Shown: positions 14,013 to 26,975 of the stretch, piece after piece
Numbering within the stretch: the first letter of the stretch is position 1
How the letters are laid out: each line of letters opens with the position of its first letter
Assembly (NCBI RefSeq): GCF_021869535.1
Contig: NW_026262668.1
Span: 69,316,001 to 69,380,000 of the forward strand
DNA from: Mytilus californianus
Taxonomy: Eukaryota
Direction: 5' to 3'
Length of the DNA stretch: 64,000 bases
Program-made: the position numbers and the translations under genes
Notes under the pieces: generated by a model
The model's input: only the letters and a program-made list of their open reading frames with translations
What the model was told of the DNA's origin: nothing
The model's database searches: none

Positions 14013-17000
14013 TCACATGCTCTTCGTTGTATGTCCATGATCAGTAAGACCAAGATTTTTCAAAACCTGTAATAAAAAAAAAAATAAAAGGAAATGTGGT
14101 GTTTACTTCAATGAAACAGAAACCCAACGACACAAATAACCAAAAGACATCTAGAGGTCAATCAAATCAATAGACATATGTCTATACAACATGTATACTA
14201 TGGATTCAATTATTTTTGTGGGTACCAATTTTCGTGGATTGAGGAAAAAAACTTATTTTTGTGGTATTTGATTTCGGGTTTTTGCCAAAGTCTGCATACA
14301 AGCCTATGGAAAATTTGTACTCGATGAACATTTAAATTCGTAGTTCACCTATACCCACGAAATCCACGAAAATTGGTATCGAGCGAACAATAACGAATTT
14401 ATAGTATGTCAAGCTCTAACGGTGTTTATTTCCATTAATCTTTTCAGTCTACAAATATGTACCATAGGGTATCACAAGCCAAGTAGCCAGTGCTTCGGGA
14501 CTGGCATGAAAATACGGATTTTTGTTTTTGAATTTTGCTGTTATAATGTTTGGGAATTATTTTAAATTAAAGAATGTGTCGACCTAATACATAGTTCTGA
14601 ATCCTTTTGTTGCATGGCTTTACTTTTTGTCCTTTTATATTTTGTCACCTCTTCAACGTGTGTATTGGGTTTTGTAATGTTCCAATAATTTGGCCTTGAG
14701 CATTTCCAAAGAAACCTTAATTGTTGGAATGCGCATCTTTTGCAGTAAAATTGTTACCGTAGACGTTATAACTGACATATCATAATACTTAAGCGTCATT
14801 TTTTTTAGAATAAAAACAAGCATTCAGTATTACTAATACCTCAAAGAAATCAAATCTGACCGACGAATTCATTTCAGGGACCAAAAACGCTGCAATAAAT
14901 GGAATAAAAATAATAAAAAAATTCCATCTTAATCTGTATATGAAAAAAACCTCTTCATAGATACCATGATTGAAATTTTGTTGTACGCCAAACGTGCGTT
15001 TCGTCTACAAAAGACTCACCAGTGACGCTGAAATCAAAGAAGTTTTAAAAAGGCCAAATGATGTACGAAGTTAAAGAGCATTGAAGACCCAACATTCCTA
15101 CAAGTTTTAACAAATACAGCTAAGGTTATCTATTCCTGGGGTAGAAAATCCTTAGTATTTCGAAAAATTCTAAGTTTTGTAATGAGAATGACAACATGCA
15201 TATTCTGTCTAGTGTTTCTAAAAAAAGAGAATTAAAGTTACCCAATCATCCTTTTTGTTTGTGCAAAATGTTTGATAATCACAATTGTTGGCCTTTTGTT
15301 CACAAACCACAGAAGACCTTTATAGAGGTTACGCGATCACCCCTTTCTTTATTATGCGGCATAATACATTGTACTTGTAAATCCCAATTGTTGACCTTTT
15401 GACCCCCCAACCATCGAAGACCTTTATACGGGTAATGCGATCACCTCTTTCCTCTTTTAGGAGAACATTTTGTAAATGACACTTCGTCGAGTTTTAATGT
15501 ACTGCCATGGATTATAAAGTTTACACCGTATCATATAACAATCTGAACTTTATTTCTCAGCTGTGATTATGTAGAACAGGAGGGAATTTCAATGAGAAAA
15601 TGTTTCCAGTCTAACGTGATTGTGAACCTAGGGATAACGTTCGTAGTTTAATAGTGTAGATGTCATGTTAAAAAATGACATTCATTTATACAAAGAATAG
15701 AAAAGAAAAACATTAATTTATATGGAATAACGCATGTGCAATAAAATTCTCATGGACATTTACCTGAATGTAGAAATTTATAAACTCAATCTCTTGAAGA
15801 ATTCCATCCCCTGAAATAAATAACGAACTGTTATTAAATCTGTTCTTAAAGGCTCATTTAAAGAATAACAAAACAGAATGTTCTTAATTTATAACGAGGG
15901 ATCTTTCCATAGTGACCTTTCATAACTTTTCGTCAAGAAAGACGATTTCAATGCAGCAACATACTAGCTGAACATATATGTGCAGTAAATATTTCCTAAG
16001 TGGTACCATTATACAGGACTTGAATTTCCTACGATGATTTCCTTGATAGAGGATTGGTGATTACAAGGAAACTTTTGCATCAGGGGCTCTTTATAGTAAG
16101 TTAAAGTCATTACGATTTGGTTGACTGTTAAAGAATTTCACAGAGGACCATTGATATGTTTTTTAGATGGCGTGGCATTAATTCCGCCCTTTTCCTTGAT
16201 TGTGACATCACAGAAAAATTTATCACCGTATTTCTACCTGCCCATGAGCAACACGACGGGTGTTGTTAGTAGAGCAGGAACTTCTCATCCTTCTGGAGAA
16301 TCTGTCACCGGTATTTTGGTGACGTTCGAGTTGCTCTCTATTGTCTTCTATGTGGTGTTTTGTGGACTTTTCGTACATTATATTTGGCCATGGTGTGGTT
16401 TCCTTCAACTTACGTTATTTGAATGTCACCTTAGAGTTATTTTTGGCCATGTCACTCTTCTCGTGTTTCTGTACTTCCTTGGCTTTCAAATATTTGGCTC
16501 TTAGCGTTCCTGATGAAGGTAAATCCATTAAAGCGCTTCGCACGCATACAATTTATAAAGTGTTATTTAACATTTATTATCCTGACTTTTCTCCTTTTTT
16601 CATAATAATACGATCTGAAATAAAAGGTAGTTGTAATAGATAAAATTTCACTACTCTAACATTGCATTCAAAGACGCATACAACTGGCGGACACCAAATA
16701 TTTAAGTTAAAATTTACCATTTCCGTCCATGTGGTGATACGGAACCATTCCTTCATCGTGCGTTAACTTACAATCGCCGCCATTGAATTGGTTCAGTACT
16801 CCCAAAGCAATGTCGTGTGGTGACGACGAATGACGAACATACTCGTCGCAAGTTATGATTCCGTCACCTGTTGAAAAACATTGCAATTTTGTTGACGTAA
16901 AATAATATTAGTATCTAACCAAAACTAACTATCTCTTTCAGGGCGTGCAATTTACTTTACTTAAGAAGAAAATATATGTACACAACAAGAATCTCATCCA

Positions 17001-20000
17001 TATAGACAAGTATGTAATGCAATCGTTTTACTATTTGGGATATTATAACATATAATCATCTCTAGAATAACAAATGAGTACTAGAAATAAATAAAGTAAT
17101 GTAAAGTGTGTATCTAAAATATAATATATCACAGCAAACTGCACATGCCATCAAAATTACGTCGTCAATAAAAAAAAACCAACAACACAGACAGAGACAA
17201 AGATATAGTAGCCAACATTGGGGCTATATAACTTGAATTGCTAAAGGCACAAAAATTAAGCAAATTTTCTTGTAATCCAACATCTTTGAGCTATAAAGAT
17301 CATGTTTCGCTAAAGTAAATAATAAGTGCTTCGTGAATTTCCTAGATTTATCTATACTAAATCCATTATGCAGTTTCAGATCCTTACAATGGTATCAACT
17401 TTACTATGCTGACTCATCTTAGAAATGAACACACGAAAGTTCACAGGACACTTAATAAGTGTGAACTTTATCAAATTATGTTGGCTCATGCAGAAGAACA
17501 TTCTAACGTCATGTATACATGTTGTTTTGCTATATAAATAATCCTATCTTTTTGAAAGTCTTTTTCTCTCGGTGTAAGGTTCTGTGTTACAAGACAAATG
17601 GCCACTAACACATTAACACTGTCATGCAAATAAACAATACAACAAAACATTATAATTAGTTTTATACGATATAAACTCCGTCTTGACATTATTTCCTATA
17701 TTCAAAATGAGATAATAATAGCTCTGTTCCCTGATGCATTTACTCAGTGTTGACCGATATATAATTATAAGCTATGTATATTTTATAAGAAATTTGTATG
17801 TCTATATATATATATATATATATTGTTTTCAATTTAGACTTATATATATAATATCATATTCTACAGTTAAGAATATGGGTCTAGAACGTGCATTTCAGAA
17901 GTAAGTACAACAAAACTACACGCAGGTATAAAACGTCAACAATTTTACTGTAACCCTCAGAACACAGTTAATTTGAATCATCAGTTGATGTTTCAATCTC
18001 ACCTCCTCGTCGTCTCATCTGTGCACATACTGTATCTACTGTCAACGTCAATTTTACTGAGCAAATTCTGTTCCTTCCAGCATCGTCATCTCCTCTGAGC
18101 ACATATTGAACCTACAGTCATCATTGCTCCTCTGAGCACATACTGTACCTTTCGACATCATTCTCTCCTCTGAGCATATATTGTACCTTCCATCATCGTC
18201 GTCCCCCTCTGAGCACATACTTTCCCTACCGTTATCATCGTTTCAGCTGCGCACATTCTCTACCTACTGTATTTGTCGTATCTACTGAGCAAACACTTGC
18301 CTACCGTCTTCGCCGTTATCTCTGTGCACATACTGTACCTATCGTCATCATTGTTTCCTCTGAGCACATACTGTATTTACCATCATCATCTTTCCCTTGA
18401 GCATATACTGTATCTACCGTCATCGTCGTCTCCTCTGGGCACATATTCTACCTAAAGTCATCGTTGTTTCTACTGAGCACATACTGTACCTACCGTCATC
18501 ATCGTCTCCATTGAGCACATACTGTACCTACCATCATTGTCGTCTCCTTTGAGCACATACTGTACCTACCATCATCGTCGTCTCATCTGAGCACATACTG
18601 TACCTACCATAATCGTCGTCTCCCGCTGAGCACATACTGTACCTACCATCATCGTCGTCTCATCTGAGCACATACTGTACCTACCATCATTGTCGTCTCC
18701 TTTGAGCACATACTGTACCTACCATCATCGTCGTCTCATCTGAGCACATACTGTACCTACCATCATCGTCGTCTCCCTCTGAGCACATACTGTACCTACC
18801 ATCATCGTCGTCTCATCTGAGCACATACTGTACCTACCATCATCATCGTCTCCTCTGAGCACATACTGTACCTACCATCATCGTCTCCTATGGGATCATT
18901 CTGTACCTATCATCATCGTCGTCTCCTCTGAGCGCAAACTGTATCTACCATCATCGTCGTTTCCCCTAAGCATATACTGCACCTACCATCATCGTCGTAT
19001 CTTACTATTTTTACCAGCATCATCGTCTCCTCTGAGTATATACTGTACCTACCATCATCGTCGTATCCTCTGAGCACATACTGTTCCTACCATCATCGTC
19101 ACCTCATCTGAGCACATACTGTAACTTCTATCATCATCGTCTCCTCTGAGCACATACTGTACCTACCATCATCGTCTCCTTTTGGCACATACTGTACCTA
19201 CCATCATTGTCTCTTCTTGGCACATTCTGTACATATCATCATCGTCGTCTCCTCTGAGCGCAAACTGTACCTACCATCATCGTCGTCTCCTCTGAGCACC
19301 TACTGTACCTACCATCATAATTGTCTCCTCTGAGCTTATACTGTACCTACCATCATCGTCTACTCTGAGCACATTCTGTATTTATCATCATCGTCGTCTC
19401 CTCTGAGCACATTCTGTACCTACCATCATCGTCGTCTTCTCTGAGCACATACTGTAGATACCATCATCATCGACTCCTCTGAGCACATTATGTACCCACC
19501 ATCATCGTTGTCTTCTCTGATCACATACTGTAGATATTATCCTCATCGTCACCTCTGAGCACATACTGTACGTACTGTCAACGTCGTGTCTTGTCTCCTC
19601 TGAGCACATAGTATACTTACCATCATCGTCGTCACCTCTGAGCACAGTTTCCCATTCACTTAATGTAATGGTTCCATCATGATTGGCATCAAACCGCAAA
19701 AATTCCTTAACACTCAAAGCTTTCAGATCATAGTACCCTTGTGTCGTTTGGCTAAAATTAAATATACATATACATGTACCTACTTATAATCGACTAACTG
19801 TAATATTTTTGAAGTAAAATAACGTTTTTAAAAGTTTTATTTTGATTATCAGTGGTAATTCAAAAAAAAAAAAATTTCTGTGCATCTTAATTTTAGAACA
19901 TTTTTAATTTTTGGCAAGTAATAAACGCTGCACCATGGAGTCTACTTTCCTTCCTGATATAATTACTTCTACATAGCAGAATAATTTAAAGGATATATTT

Positions 20001-20633
20001 TTAAAAATTAAATTCAGATTAAGAAAATATCAAATGTAACAAAATCTAGACTCAGCTACCTAAGATGCCGAGAGCACTAACAAGACACGCTTTTATCTTT
20101 CGCTTAAGGCACTCTGAACGCTTTCCATATACTCATGTAACAGAAGCGATTTCAATTTTGTTGTCAATTCATGAATACGTGAAAAACCTGTAAGATATTG
20201 GTTCATACTGAAGTTCTTATCGAACATCATTAATATCTTCTTTTTTTTTTTAGCAAACACACGACTCTCCCGTGGATCAGATGTACCTCCTATAGAAGAG
20301 AAGTTAAATATTCTCTTCTTTTTGAAGATGAATAGATCAGCAAATACAATTTTTAAAGAATCTAGTATTATTGCTATAATTTGTTCTTTTCATATATATA
20401 TATATATATATATATATCAAAACGATGCATTTCAATGTTTTAAAATGAAACCGAAAAACGTTCCCGTAACTTTAAGAACATTATAAAAAATGAGTACTTA
20501 TGTTTGCTCTGTTTTGGTTTTTACCAGATTTATTCTTCTTTTCACTTTTTGGAGTAGTCAAAGATATATTATAAACTGACCTTCTAACATATACTAATTC
20601 TGCAATCAGCAATATAAAAATAAACAATTTCAT
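14013..20633 (-). CDS. Secreted four-EF-hand calcium-binding protein, paralogue A (144 aa); coding exons 20633-20581, 19751-19621, 16867-16718, 15810-15764, 14066-14013
   Basis: GT-AG introns with phases 2,1,1,0 and exon sizes 53/131/150/47/54, versus 47/131/153/47/45 in paralogue B. Translation: MKLFIFILLIAELVYVRSQTTQGYYDLKALSVKEFLRFDANHDGTITLSEWETVLRGDDDDGDGIITCDEYVRHSSSPHDIALGVLNQFNGGDCKLTHDEGMVPYHHMDGNGDGILQEIEFINFYIQVLKNLGLTDHGHTTKSM*. Signal peptide present; EF1, EF2 and EF4 canonical, EF3 degenerate. An acceptor at 20698-20700 implies an upstream UTR exon. Confidence 0.9.
14196..14407. mobile_element. Tc1/mariner-type MITE
   Basis: Imperfect ~40-bp TIRs (CTATGGATTCAATTATTTTTGTGGGTACCAATTTTCGTGGA vs CTATAAATTCGTTATTGTTCGCTCGATACCAATTTTCGTGGA) flanked by TA. 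It lies in the last intron of paralogue A. Confidence 0.7.
14950..15180. repeat. Dispersed repeat family (fragment)
   Basis: Motif CGTGCGTTTCGTCTACAAAAGACTCAxCAGTGACGCT, also at ~23800-23930 (reverse) and ~62990-63040. The adjacent part recurs at ~10200-10330 (reverse). Confidence 0.7.
18000..19650 (-). repeat. ~38-bp minisatellite (~40-43 units) derived from the exon2/intron2 junction of EF-hand paralogue A
   Basis: Sense-strand unit GTGCTCAGAGGAGACGACGATGATG|GTAGGTACAGTAT versus the true junction GTGCTCAGAGGTGACGACGATGATG|GTAAGTATACTAT at 19621/19620. Confidence 0.95.
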
Positions 20634-22386
20634 TTCGAAACAGCTTGCACGTAACGTAGACAAATTGATCGTTTATCTTCTTTCACAAATCCTTGTTCTG
20701 TAAGTAAAGAGATAAGATAGCAATTTTTCCCAAGTTTTATTTTTCTCAAATTGCATGACTTGGCCATAACAAACAATAAGCGAATCTCAATCTAATAGTA
20801 TTGCAGTCCTGTGTTTTAATTCTACTCTCGATCAAATAAATCCAAGTTGCAACAGAGATACAAGTTAAAAAAAAAACCCCTGATGATGCCCATGCTTCAA
20901 CAGATAGTTTAGTTTAGAAAATTGTCCTTTATTTTGTTAAATGAAAAAAAAAATGAATCTAATGGCTGATATTTGATAGATTCATTCATAATACTTTTTG
21001 ATGTTCGACTTCAAGAGATCACATATTGACCTTATCAAACCTTTTTCTCGATAATCAAGACGCATACATTATAACTCAAGAACGGCAAGCAAGGAATACT
21101 CCAAAACTAGATTAACTAGTCTCTATTTTTTGTTCAAATTAAAAATGATATGATAATGGCTAATTTCATATTTGACCTTTAACAAAACCGCGACGAACGA
21201 ACAAAAATGAAACATAATGAAAAATGCTTATATTGGTTCATTTGAGTCGAGATGAAGTAAAAAGTTGTAAATACATGAAAGGAATAACTAAAATCATCAA
21301 AACCACTGGACAGTACAAGAGACCACATTAACCACGAACACCGAAAAAAAACCCCACCAGACTGGGTACAGGTACACAATGTGATGAACAGAAAGACCCC
21401 TTACTTGAATAAAGAAACGACACATAATTTGGAAAGCAGCCGGGTCACATCGTGCTCACCACTACTGGAAGCTAGCTAAGGTAGCTACCATTTTTGGTTG
21501 GATACGACCGCTCAAGAAAACAATCAGAAACAACAATTCTAACAGGTTTTATGAGGTCCCATAATAAATTTTAATTGAAATCAGAAGTATTTGTGTAAGG
21601 CCAGTAGGTATTTAGCATCGTCAGAACTTCGGGCGAAAGAACAATATGTTTTTCTAAATCAGTGAGTATTTCACAAGAATTTCTTTTTAAAATTATGGTG
21701 GTTTATGCTTAGATATATTGATATATGTGATATATGTAATATAAATGTATTTTTAATGTGTGTTTTACAGTCTCTCATAACTCTTTTATAAATTGATCTG
21801 TTGTTATTAAATGGTGTTTTATGTCAAATGTTCTAAAGAGGTGAGACTCTAATAAAGTATTTGTTTTTTTGTTTGTTTTGTTTTTTCTATTAAAGATATT
21901 AAAATAAATACAATGAGAGAAATATTTTATCGTCTAACATAATTTTTTACGAGGAAACACTACATTTACAGATAATTTGATAACGACTGTAAGTCTTCAA
22001 AAGTCTGTGATACATGTATGGTTTTTTGTCTGAGTCAGAAAATTATTTTTTGTTATCTGCTTGACCACAATATTTTTTTCATCAAATTGGGAATCAGAAT
22101 ATTTTTTTAGGAAAAACCATAACCCCCCTTTTTGAAGTTAAATGGTCGTTCCCTAATATATGGTACTGAAAATTTATCATTTTTGTTATGTAGCAAGAAA
22201 ACGAGCACAGCGGCTGAAAAAGGCTGATGATAGAACGTTCAATAAAAATAAATTCATATATATAAATGCGTAGTAATAAAATAAATATTCCGCAGGTTAA
22301 TCACCAGTAGTGAGTTTGGATTGTATTGTACATCCGGTTCATTATCTAGCACGTTGTGTCAGTGTTGACATTGGATTATTTATGCA

Positions 22387-25300
22387 ATGTCAAGAGGTCA
22401 TTTTATAACAGCTGCAAGCCTTTGTGGAGCATCTATGGGAATTGGTTTATTCTTTGGTACCAAATATGAAAAGCTGAAGAAGGAAAATAAAGATCACCAA
22501 ACTCATTTATTACCACAGACCGACACCAAAGCATTTTTCGTTCCGTCAGTTTTTGCCTCATCGTCTATTCCAGCCACTACAGGTATGCCTGCAGCTTTTC
22601 CACAATCGCAGCCTGTAAATCGCGTTTCAGAAATCATGAAGTTTGGCTTTCCTAGTCTGGATCAAGTCCGATCTTTTGACAATTTTGTTCTGTCCTATGA
22701 TAGAAGGAATCGGAATGCTCAGTGGGTATTTGAACACATCAAACCAGAACATGTTATGAAGAATGAAAACATAAAGAGAGGTAAATCAGAATTTATGGAA
22801 GACAACATCATACACAAATTCTTCCGGGCTACAAATAGTGACTTCAAAAACAGTGGCTACGACAGGGGGCATCTTGCAGCGGCAGCTAACCATCGCCACG
22901 CGCAGAAAGCTATGGACCAGACTTTTACTCTCAGCAATGTATCCCCACAGGTACTATTTAGATTTTTGTGTTTTGGCGTTTGACATATAAATACATGCAG
23001 GATCTTAGAAATTACAACGTGATTCGGTTGAACCATACAATAATAAAGCAGACAGTCACTATTTCGGTAGGCCATGATGTCACGTTGCTTGCTAAAAAGA
23101 TAAACAATTTTATTCAAAAAAGGTTTATGAAGATTTTTAGATTTACTAGTAAAAGATATAAATACACGAAAGTGAAAACTTCATTTAAGATAAAAGGCGA
23201 AACTTAACCTAATCCTTTTAATTAATTAAGCACATTGGTGAACAAGACGCGTCAATTTTTTTTTTCAATAACATACAGGAAGAACTTAAATGTGTATTTA
23301 TTTTATTCTCAATTGAAACAAACTATTGTGGTTTCATTTCCCTTCTGAAATATTTTTATTTCAAGAAATTTAGAATCAAAGAATTTATTTTATAAAGAAA
23401 CCAAACAACCCCCCTCCGCCAACAAAAGATAAATGATCGATGCCTGAAAGGTTATATCATTATCTTGAACTTAAACATATAATCATGGCAATAATAAAAG
23501 CAAGATCAAAATACTTAAAAAATGCTTATATAACATCATACCGTCCTTAGTACAATATAGTATTGTTGGTTGTACTTCACAATAAAACAGATTTGAAAAT
23601 GCTCATTTTACAGCTATACACACACAAATGTAAGCTAACATCTACTTGGAAATGTGAAAAGTGAATAGAAAACTGCAAATGACGACGGATAGGCGATGGG
23701 GATGGCGAATGGTTATAAAATCGCTCTCTAACTGAATTGTTATGAGGGCACGCTTTTAGCTCCTCAGAAGCAGTTGAAAATAATATTATTCCAGAGTTTT
23801 AGTATAATTCGTACTTTATTGACCTTTTTATTTTTTTGATTCGAGCGTCACTGATGAGTCTTTTGTAGATGAAACACGCGTCTGGCGTATACAATTTTAA
23901 TCCTGGTATCTATGATGAGTGTATTTATCATACCTGTAAATTTTGACTGAGTTTATAAAATAACAGCGTATTCCTTTAAGGAATTATATAGACAGGAATG
24001 TACAATGTAGTATAACTCGACTGTTGTTTTCTTATTGACCAATATTCCACACACTCTTTTATCCATATATGGTATGCAAAGTGGATATTACAGAAATAGG
24101 CATGTTTAAAAGTTGTAGCCAGGTCATACACAGAAATTGAGTAAATTTCAAAATGCTAAATTTATAAAAAAAAATCGTACTTCAAGTTGAATTGTCCTTT
24201 AGCTTTGTCAATTAAATTGTTGTACAGGAAATTTTATTTTTATTAATTATGTCAACTATTTTTCGAATAGGTTGGAGATGGGTTCAATAGAGATGCCTGG
24301 AATGATTTAGAAAAATACGTTAGAGCGAAAGCCAGACAAAACAGGAATTTATACTGTTGTACAGGACCCCTCTATCTACCAAGGTAACATGATATAAGTT
24401 ATTTTTGAAGAAAACATTGTAGCGATCAAGAGTTTTATATTGTTTTTTGTATATAAAGTACACGTTTCTAAATAAATGGTCATCGGAAGAACGAAAAAAA
24501 AAAACATAATCGTAATTGAATCCGTCTTTTTAGCTAGGCTATATTTAATTTTACTTTTAGAAATTTGTGGGAAGAGACATTTTATTGTCTATTGTCCTCT
24601 TTGTTTGTACCATTTTGGAGATATTCATAGTGGCAGTATTTCTAGTTTTTAGACGACAGTTAGGCGATCCTCGAGACAGTTGCCGAGCCTCGGAGGTCAT
24701 ATCAAAGAATGTCTAGATAGCTGTAGATATTACATGTTCATGCATACAAATAAGCAGCTAACAGTTAGTAAGGAAAGCCAATTTCCACTGTATTTGCTAC
24801 AATCAAAAGGTCATCACGCGTGTATATTTTGGTGATTTATCCAAACATGGACCTATGATGCTATGAATTTTAGTTAAAATCAAGACTTTTTGAAAATGGC
24901 CTTGTTCTGAAATAAATTCAGGGGAAATTGGTCGAACGAACCGACTTGACTATAATGAACACATATATCCATAAAGTTCATATTTGCCGTAATCTATAAA
25001 AATCTAAGACTATAGAACCTGCTTTTTGCAATTAGAATTGTTTTAATAGCAAGTATGAAAGGTGTCTTTCTCGTTTCATTTAACTTTTAAGCAAATGTTT
25101 TCTAGCATGATTAATTGTAGATGGCAAAGTATTAAAAATGGGGAGGTATCGAACTTGATTTACATTTACATATTGATCATGTACCAATTTTACATTTTTG
25201 TTCACTCGTTTAATGAAGCGGTGTATAAAGCGATCGTTTTGTCCGTTCATTTGTCAACACTTTGAATCCGAAACTCGAATCCTCTTAAAACATAACTACT

Positions 25301-26975
25301 TTAAGAGATTCTTTAGCACTAAATGGCATTTTGTATCTCCTGCCTTCATGTTTGATACAAACGAATAATCGGGATTCCCATAGCAAAACATTGTCCGTTA
25401 CCGTGTTAGACGACGGGACATATTTATCTGCTTAAAGTTTTATTTTAGGGACAGTTTACAGAATATTTTATAATGCTGTTGTGTACTTTATATTTAAAAA
25501 AAATTCTTAATGCTTTTTATACGCCCGTTTACGGGACGTATTATGGTATACCGTTGTCCGTCCGTCCGTCGTCAACATGTCGGACAATAACTCAAAAACG
25601 CTTCAATCAATTTGCATTAAACTTTGGTGAATTGTTTATATTTATTAAAGTGAGCTCCCTTTCGATTTTTATAAATTTTGGATTTTACGTATCCGAGTTA
25701 TGGCGTTTTATTTATTAAAAAAGGGGGATTTTCCAGTTTTCGGACAATAACTCAAAAATGCTTTGAACAGTTTTCATGAAACTTTGGTGAATTGTTTATA
25801 TCTATTGATGTGAGCTCCCTTTCGATTTTCATAAATTTTATTTACGTTTCCGAGTTACGGGGTTATATTCATTAAAAAAGGGAGATTTTCCAGTTTTCGG
25901 ACAATTACTCAAAAATGCCTTGAGCAGTTTTCATGAAACTTTGGTGAATTGTTTTTGTCTATTGATGTGAGCTCCCTTTCGAATTCAATAAATTTTAGAT
26001 TTTACGTTTCCGAGTTATGGGGTTTTATTCATTAAAAAGGGGGATTTTCCAGTTTTCGGACAATTACTCAAAAATGCCTTGAGCAATTTCATGAAACTTT
26101 GGTGACTGGTTTATATCTATTGAAAAAGCGACGGGCGTATCATGCGCTCATGGTGCAGCTGTTTATTGGTGTCTTTTATGGTAAAATATTGTCTTTGCCG
26201 CATAAACAATTGGATTGGCATTTTTTTTTTCCTGGATTTCGGTGAAACTCTATATAATCGTCTTTAGTTAATGCCAGTCTGCAAATTGATTTGATAATTC
26301 TAATGATTTTTGTTTGTTTTTCATAAAACATAACATTGAAATCCACTGACCATATATGTACATAAAGGAGTTTTGGTGATGAATTTGTGAGGTCTGCTCT
26401 CACAAACACAAACATACGCACACACACACACACACACTATTAATTTTCAAGTTTTGCTGAACATTTATAGGAATAAGAAGAAAGAGATGTGCAGTATACA
26501 TCAAAGACACAGCAACCCAACAACACAAAAAAACAGAAGACATCTTGATGTTATTTTAGGTGTTATGTGTTGTTTAGTCGTTGTATAAATGACGTTTTAT
26601 CATCTGCATGTACTTCGGAATGCATGAGTATAATTACTTTCCGTATTATGCAATTGAATAGTTATTTAGTTGTAGAAAATCACTCAATTTTTTTTTTTTT
26701 TTTGCAGACGAGAAAAGGATGGCAAAGTGTATGTAAAGTATGAAGTAATTGGTAAAAATAACGTTGCCGTTCCAACACATTTCTTCAAGGTTTTGTTGAT
26801 AGAAAATAATCAGGGACAGTATGAACTTATGCCATTTGTATTGCCGAACCAACCGTTACCAAAAGATGTTAAATTGAAGAAATATCTAGTACCTCTAGAA
26901 TCGATAGAAAGGGCAGCAGGATTTTTATTATTTGATAAGATTCCAAGAAAAAATATTAAAATGATAAGTGGTTGA
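22387..26975 (+). CDS. ENDOG: Endonuclease G, mitochondrial (314 aa); exons 22387-22950, 24271-24383, 26708-26975
   Basis: Contains the catalytic DRGH motif (SGYDRGHLAAAANH) and hallmark segments SYDRRNRNAQWVFE, QTFTLSNVSPQ|VGDGFNRDAWNDLEKYVR, CTGPLYLP and YVKYEVIGKNNVAVPTHFFKV. Introns are GT-AG in phases 0 and 2. The N-terminal extension is consistent with mitochondrial targeting. Confidence 0.97.
25514..26164 (+). mobile_element. Helentron-associated non-autonomous element (HINE/DINE-1-like)
   Basis: 5' TTTTTATACGCCCGT subterminal IR matches ACGGGCGTAT at 26131-26140. It has a (GTCC)n microsatellite, about four 158-bp core repeats and a 3' hairpin. It lies in EndoG intron 2. Confidence 0.8.

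Noticed and set aside
6212-19650. Tandem arrays as possible CRISPR arrays
   Set aside because: Units are head-to-tail with no unique spacers, there are no cas genes, and the context is eukaryotic with spliced genes.
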